This document shows, one piece after another, positions 52,047-57,535 of a DNA stretch of 57,535 nt. This stretch comes from a virus (Duplodnaviria; Heunggongvirae; Uroviricota; Caudoviricetes; Ackermannviridae), in the IMG/VR virus record IMGVR_UViG_2974546594_000001, positions 1 through 57,535 of that record. One strand, 5' to 3'. The notes under the pieces are model-generated. The model ran no database searches. It worked only from the letters and a program-made list of their open reading frames with translations, and was not told where the DNA came from. Made by a program: the position numbers and the translations under genes. The first letter of the stretch is position 1; each line of letters begins with the position of its first letter.

Positions 52047-53942
52047 ATGGCAACTCAAAGCTTCAGCGTTGCGCCGTCCGTTCAGTGGACTGAGCGTGAT
52101 GCCACGCTTCAGACGTCCCCGTCCGTTGTTGTTCAGGGCGCGACCGTCGGCAAATTTCAATGGGGTGAAGTTGAACTTCCAGTGCTGGTGACTGGTGGTG
52201 AGACAGGTTTGGTGAAGAAATTCTTCAAACCCAACGACAGTACTGCGACCGATTTTCTCGTAATCGCGGACTTTTTGTCTTACAGCTCTATGGCATGGGT
52301 GACCCGTGTTGTTGGTCCTCTGGCCAAGAACTCTGTTACCAAAGGTCAGACAGCGATTGCGATCAAAAACAAACTGGATTTTGAAACAGCAAGTCCTTCG
52401 GCGTCCATCACTTGGACTGGTCGTTATCCAGGTTCCCTGGGTAATGATATTGCTATCAATGTTTGTGATGCTGCTGGATTCTCAACTTGGGAATTCCGTA
52501 ATAACTTTGCATACGCACCTCAGTCTGGTGAATTCCATGTAGTTGTCGTAGACAAAGTTGGTCGCATTACCGACTCTGCTGGCGCGGTCGGTCAGGTTGA
52601 CCGTATCTCCGTTTCTGGTACGGCTACTGCTGCTGGCACCATCAGTGTGGCAGGTGAAGATATCGCATATCTGGATACTGATACTCCAGCCACTTTGGCA
52701 ACCAAAATCGGTACAGCGCTGACTTCCCTGACAAGTGTTTATTCTTCTGTTGTCGTGAAGTCCAACACTGTCATCGTGACCCATAAAGCTATTGGTCCCC
52801 AGACAGTTACTGCTATTGTTCCAGATGATAAAGGACTGACTGCAACCGCCGTGATTACCACTGTTGGCGCATCTGGTTCTATTATCGAAAAATACGAACT
52901 CATGCAGAACACACAGGGTTCCAAAAAGTCCGATGGCGCGAATGCGTACTTCAAAGATGTCATCAATGATACATCAAATTGGGTGTACACCTTCGCGAGC
53001 GAACTGGTTGCAGGTGTCGTTGAATTAGAAGGCGGCGTAGACGATTATAACATCAACCGCGTGGCGGCTATCCAAGTCTTGAACAATGCTGAAGCATATG
53101 ATGCGAAGCCAGTATTTGCGTACTGTGAAGAACTGATTGAGCAACAAGCATTGATCGACTTATCTACTGAGCGAAAAGATACGGTATCTTTCGTATCCCC
53201 GCTCCGTGATACGGTTGTTGGCAACCGTGGTCGTGAAATGGATGATGTCGTTGCTTGGCGTGAAAGCCTTGTTCGCGACTCTTCTTATTTCTTCATGGAT
53301 GATAACTGGGCATATGTGTACGACAAGTACAACGACAAAATGCGTTGGATTCCGGCTTGTGGTGGCACCGCAGGTGTTTGGGCGCGAAGCATTGAAATCG
53401 CGGGTATCTACAAATCTCCGGCGTTCCACAACCGTGGTAAATACAACAACTATAATCGAATGGCGTGGTCTGCGTCTTCTGATGAACGTGCTGTGTTGTA
53501 CCGCAACCAGATCAACAGCATCGTAACCTTCTCCAATGAAGGCATCGTCCTGTATGGTGACAAAACTGGCCTGACCCGCCCGTCGGCGTTTGACCGTATC
53601 AACGTTCGTGGCCTGTTCATCATGGCTGAGCAGAACATCGCCGCAATCGCCAAATACTATCTTGGTGAGAACAATGACGCGTTTACACGTGGTCTGTTCA
53701 GCAATGCGGTTCGTCCTTATATTCGCCAGCTGGCAAATATGGGTGCGATCTACGATGGTAAAGTCAAGTGTGACGAAGATAACAACACTGCTGATATTAT
53801 TGCAGCAAACCAATTAGTCATGGGCGTGTGGTTAAAGCCAGAGTACAGCATAAACTGGGTGTACTTGGATTTCGCCGCCGTTCGTCCAGATATGGAATTT
53901 TCAGAACTCGAATCTGGCGGTGGCATCGTAGCTGCTTCCTGA
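52047..53942 (+). CDS. 18: Tail sheath protein (gp18)
   Basis: GKFQWG, YPGSLGNDI, SPAFHNRG, FDRINVRGLF; CTAAATA at 51998. Confidence 0.96.
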   Translation: MATQSFSVAPSVQWTERDATLQTSPSVVVQGATVGKFQWGEVELPVLVTGGETGLVKKFFKPNDSTATDFLVIADFLSYSSMAWVTRVVGPLAKNSVTKGQTAIAIKNKLDFETASPSASITWTGRYPGSLGNDIAINVCDAAGFSTWEFRNNFAYAPQSGEFHVVVVDKVGRITDSAGAVGQVDRISVSGTATAAGTISVAGEDIAYLDTDTPATLATKIGTALTSLTSVYSSVVVKSNTVIVTHKAIGPQTVTAIVPDDKGLTATAVITTVGASGSIIEKYELMQNTQGSKKSDGANAYFKDVINDTSNWVYTFASELVAGVVELEGGVDDYNINRVAAIQVLNNAEAYDAKPVFAYCEELIEQQALIDLSTERKDTVSFVSPLRDTVVGNRGREMDDVVAWRESLVRDSSYFFMDDNWAYVYDKYNDKMRWIPACGGTAGVWARSIEIAGIYKSPAFHNRGKYNNYNRMAWSASSDERAVLYRNQINSIVTFSNEGIVLYGDKTGLTRPSAFDRINVRGLFIMAEQNIAAIAKYYLGENNDAFTRGLFSNAVRPYIRQLANMGAIYDGKVKCDEDNNTADIIAANQLVMGVWLKPEYSINWVYLDFAAVRPDMEFSELESGGGIVAAS

Positions 53943-53947
53943 TAAAC

Positions 53948-53972
53948 AAACCCCGCTTCGGCGGGGTTTTTA
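53948..53972 (+). terminator. Intrinsic terminator
   Basis: AAACCCCGC-TTCG-GCGGGGTTTTT. Confidence 0.85.
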
Positions 53973-53987
53973 TTTGTCCAGATTATT

Positions 53988-54028
53988 TTATTGAATTACT
54001 TTACTTCTTCAATATCCTTCCCTATACT
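53988..54028 (+). promoter_or_regulatory. Sigma70-like early promoter (TTTACT-17-TATACT)
   Basis: Matches the 15777-15817 element. Confidence 0.75.
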
Positions 54029-54075
54029 TCAATTCATAGCAGCACAACATCAAATTGAAACGAAGGAACTATATC

Positions 54076-54438
54076 ATGACCAAGACCGAAATTAACGCTA
54101 TCCTGAAAGAAATCGGCCTCTGTAACCTGAAACGCCGCAGCGATCCTTACTCTTACCAGCCTGCAAAGCCAGTACGCGACTGCCAGGGAAAGATGATAAA
54201 GGGGATCTACTGTGCAGAAGTTGGCCCAATGACGGTGACCAGCCCACACGTTGACAGATTTAACGCTATCGTTGAGGAGTTTTGTGATAAGGTTCTGGGT
54301 GGACTGGCTAAGGATTTATGCTCCCCGGATACCAAAGTTGTAACTTTCGGGAGTCACCTCGTCGCCTTCCACCTCACCAGCTTCCGTGTCCACGGTGATT
54401 ATCATGGGTATTACGCCCAGGTTAGCATTCGCAAATAG
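54076..54438 (+). CDS. Hypothetical early protein (120 aa) inside the tail operon
   Basis: GAAGGAACTATATCATG RBS like the early genes at 15867/16473. Confidence 0.7.
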   Translation: MTKTEINAILKEIGLCNLKRRSDPYSYQPAKPVRDCQGKMIKGIYCAEVGPMTVTSPHVDRFNAIVEEFCDKVLGGLAKDLCSPDTKVVTFGSHLVAFHLTSFRVHGDYHGYYAQVSIRK

Positions 54439-54443
54439 CAGTT

Positions 54444-54470
54444 TACCCCGCTTCGGCGGGGTTTTTATTT
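54444..54470. terminator. Terminator between convergent genes
   Basis: ACCCCGC-TTCG-GCGGGGTTTTT. Confidence 0.8.
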
Positions 54471-56240
54471 GGATAATTCATACCGGATAAGACCACACCC
54501 CCAGATACGCCCCAACCCGGCTTCTACCGACAGCATATCCTCTGTTTTACCTTCTATCTCGTATCCAAGTTCAAGGAATTTCTCTTTCCTAAAATTGAAT
54601 TTGTGTACACGTAAGTAAGAGTCTGGGGTCACATATTTGTAATCTGGGGGGAGGATTTCCCTTTCAACAAATCCGTTATTCAGGTAAACATTTTTCAGAC
54701 GACTGACAACACAACGATCACCAAAAGAATATACTGCCTCACCCCGATGTCGAGCGATATAATATTTCAGCAAGCGTGAGAATGCACCATGACAACCGTT
54801 AGAAGCAAATCTCACCAATTCAATACCATGCACCCGTTTGGTAAACAGCATCACCGCCTGGATGTTCCCAGTTTTGTCTACAAGGTGTATGTAATCTGTT
54901 GCCACTGCACCGCCTTGTATATGGAATCGGTCGAGAAAGTCCTTGGACGTCCTATAGGATCCTTCTGCAATGGTATGTTGGCGAGCGTACGACAACGGTT
55001 TCCCTATCCCCAATTTTGCTTTAAGGAGTGATTTAACCACTTCCTGTTTGTCACGCCACTCATCTTCCCAGATGTGGATTAACTGAATACCCTGGGCTTC
55101 ACAGTACATGGTCTTTTCAAGATGGTAGTCTTTGTATCGATATTTCTCTGAATGCCAATACAGCCCATTGAATTCTATCGCAAGTTTGTGTTCCGGGCAA
55201 TAGATATCGATTTGTCTAGTGGCAACCCTCCCACCGAACATTTTGCCTTTCAAGATAGAGAAATTACCAGATTCGCAAATAACACCCAATGACTCCAGAT
55301 ATGAACATATTTCTATTTCCGGTTTTGAGTGCTGTATGTTTGTGTTGAAAGAGTTAACATAATCCCTGATAATTGGATTGTTGATGATGTTTTCCACACC
55401 GTACCGCAACAAATTAGTTGCTTTAATTTTTTCGCGAACTGACTGGTCAGACAACGGGTGGTTCACCCCTCTTCTTTCTAAGTTGGTCTTTTCCAACCTT
55501 GTATAAACCATTTCTGTTTTCATGGGGTGGTCTACGCCATATATTCTTAACCAAGTGGCTTTCATTCTGGCCCTAACAGAAGGGTTCTGAGTAGGATGAC
55601 CGAACCCTGTTCTTTCCAAATAAGTGGCCTTGGTTTTGGATTTTATTTCTTCCGATTTCATGGGATGGTCTACCCCATATTTCTTCTTAATAGTTTCTCT
55701 TGACTTTTGTTTTACTTCTTCCAGCTGGAATGTGTTAGAAACGCCATATTTCTCTGTTATGGAGTTTTCTAGGTTGGTCCGTTCTGAACCTCCTGCCTTC
55801 ATTGATTCTCGTTGACATTCTTCGGAACAAAACTTTTTGTATCTGGGTGGTTGGGCTTCCATTTCTAAACCGACGTCAGCACCGCAAGTGGTACACTGCG
55901 ACTTCGGAATATCGTACAGCCAAGCAGTTATCGCTTGTGGTTCTTCTAATAGATCGTTGTGAGACACCACGTATCCAACGACATCAACCCCAGTATGGGC
56001 CGTGAGTAGGTGATGGGAGATAAGTTTGTAGTTCAGCGAACCATCCTTTTTCCTGAGTTTACTATCAACCCAAGAGCGGCATTCGGTTTCGGTCGTCGGA
56101 AGATTGACCAACAAATTCGGGTTGCGTTTCAGTGTACCGAGCATAAATGTTTTACAGTCGTCACCACAATACAACGCAGCCTTCCTGGTTGGGGTGAACG
56201 GTTTATGGCAGCATGAACAATTTTTATCAGGGAATGGCAT
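54465..56240 (-). mobile_element. Hef-like homing endonuclease (Zn fingers, YGV.HP repeats, PD-(D/E)xK/Vsr-like nuclease)
   Basis: IDIYCPEHKLAIEFNGLYWHS, IHIWEDEW, five YGV/FG.HP-type repeats; GAGG SD before MPFPDK. Confidence 0.8.
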
Positions 56241-56320
56241 AATAAATATCCTCACTTTAGAATATTCTAACCCCATTTATTTCAAAACTAAATATTTACA
56301 CTATTCAGAGGAGAACGACC

Positions 56321-56854
56321 ATGGCTACAGTTAATGAATTCAGAGCAGCTATGTCACGCGGGGGCGGCGTTCAGCGCCAACACCGTTGGCGTGTGACTGT
56401 TAACTTCCCTTCCTTCGTGGCTGGAAGTGACACTATCCGTGATGTTTCGCTGTTAGCAGTGACCACAAACACCCCAACAGGCCAGCTGGGCGAGATACTT
56501 GTACCATGGGGAGGACGTGAACTTCCATTCCCTGGCGACCGTCGTTTCGAAGCACTGCCTGTAACATTCATTAACGTTGTGAACAACGCGCCGTACAACG
56601 CATTTGAAGTGTGGCAGCAATTCATCAACGGTAGTGAAAACAACCGCGCCAGCGCGAATCCAGATGATTATTTCCGTGATATCATCATGGAGCTTCTGGA
56701 TGCGAATGACAATGTCACCAAGACATGGACTTTGCAGGGTGGCTGGCCTCAAAACCTTGGCCAATTGGAACTCGATATGTCTGCGATGGACTCTTATACA
56801 CAGTTCACCGTCGATCTGCGTTATTTCCAAGCCGTTTCTGACAAGTCATTGTAA
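56321..56854 (+). CDS. 19: Tail tube protein (gp19)
   Basis: VPWGGREL.FPGDRRF, W...IN, WP; CTAAATA at 56288. Confidence 0.93.
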   Translation: MATVNEFRAAMSRGGGVQRQHRWRVTVNFPSFVAGSDTIRDVSLLAVTTNTPTGQLGEILVPWGGRELPFPGDRRFEALPVTFINVVNNAPYNAFEVWQQFINGSENNRASANPDDYFRDIIMELLDANDNVTKTWTLQGGWPQNLGQLELDMSAMDSYTQFTVDLRYFQAVSDKSL

Positions 56855-56921
56855 TGTCCTCGGTGCTGGGGGAATGTTATTCCCCCTCACTAATTACAAG
56901 AAAATGTTGAGGACTTAGATC

Positions 56922-57535
56922 ATGGCTGGATACGGCAGAGGGTTCTTCGGTTTGTTTGGCGGCGGCGGTTTAGTCAATGCCAAAGTAGACACCGATAAGT
57001 TAGCCCAAAAACAAGATGAATTGTTGCTCACCAAGGCGACAGTTGTTGCTCTGGACGATGCTCAAGACGGTTCTATAATCCTTCAGGGCGGTGCAAACAC
57101 CTACAACTATGTTGGCGTTGAGAGTGAACTTCTCAGCGTTAAAACAGTTGTGGAAGAATATCAGTCCATGGCTCAACAGCCTGAAATTCGCAAAGCGGTG
57201 GACATTATTGTCAATGATGTTGTCACCTGTGAGGAAGATGAAACTCCAGTGACAGTAAACCTTGACAAAGTTGAAGGGATATCTGATACTGTTAAAGAAT
57301 CTATCACCGAATGCTTCAAAGAAGTTATGCACTTGATGGACTTTGACAATACAGCATATCAGAAGATCCGGAAATGGTATGTTGACGGTCGACAAGCATA
57401 TCATGTCATCGTTGATCCCACGAATAAAAAAGGCGGGATCAAGAAATTGGTTATGCTTGATTCTCGTTGCATTCGTCCTGTCTATATCGTTGAGAAGGCG
57501 ATGCGTGAAGGCGGTATTGAAGCAATAGAATCTGT
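56922..57535 (+). CDS. 20: Portal protein (gp20), N-terminal part, truncated by the window end
   Basis: PEI..AVD.IVND, RKWYVDGR, LDSRCIR. Confidence 0.92.
   Translation, partial: MAGYGRGFFGLFGGGGLVNAKVDTDKLAQKQDELLLTKATVVALDDAQDGSIILQGGANTYNYVGVESELLSVKTVVEEYQSMAQQPEIRKAVDIIVNDVVTCEEDETPVTVNLDKVEGISDTVKESITECFKEVMHLMDFDNTAYQKIRKWYVDGRQAYHVIVDPTNKKGGIKKLVMLDSRCIRPVYIVEKAMREGGIEAIES

Noticed and set aside
53160-53813. Long antisense ORFs (also 16077..16667, 18426..18962, 38354..38938, 49910..50398)
   Set aside because: Shadows of well-supported genes on the other strand, with no RBS or motifs

Overview
57.5-kb slice of a large T4-superfamily myovirus. Gene order and sequences point to Ackermannviridae, Kuttervirus/ViI-like (Det7/CBA120 type, most likely a Salmonella phage, since TSP3 carries a P22-type endorhamnosidase domain). 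Left half, mostly minus strand: rIIA, small accessory genes, a LemA-like/TPM-like membrane pair, thymidine-hypermodification enzymes (amino acid:DNA transferase, hmU-DNA kinase, PLP enzyme), a HAD nucleotidase, a lipoprotein, family B DNA polymerase, a holin candidate, early genes, and two proteins with a T4-type capsid-targeting sequence, one of them an ADP-ribosyltransferase-like protein. 21.2-25.5 kb is a mostly non-coding island with only 3 canonical tRNAs (Ser-GCT, Asn-GTT, Met-CAT) but about 8 tRNA-shaped or CCA-ended RNAs with aberrant or missing anticodon arms and several large structured domains (kink-turn, 13-22 bp stems), packed head-to-tail, plus an HNH gene. Right half, plus strand: baseplate gp6/gp7, four tailspikes TSP4-3-2-1, VrlC, neck gp13/14, gp15, terminase (mini-intein in the large subunit), sheath, tube and partial portal, with two antisense homing endonucleases. 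Best novel signals: (1) the tRNA-punctuated ncRNA array; (2) a polymerase-type sliding-clamp-binding motif shared by all three DNA-hypermodification enzymes; (3) a putative head-packaged, injected ART; (4) late promoters that systematically overlap anti-Shine-Dalgarno hairpins. All assignments are by eye; no searches were run.
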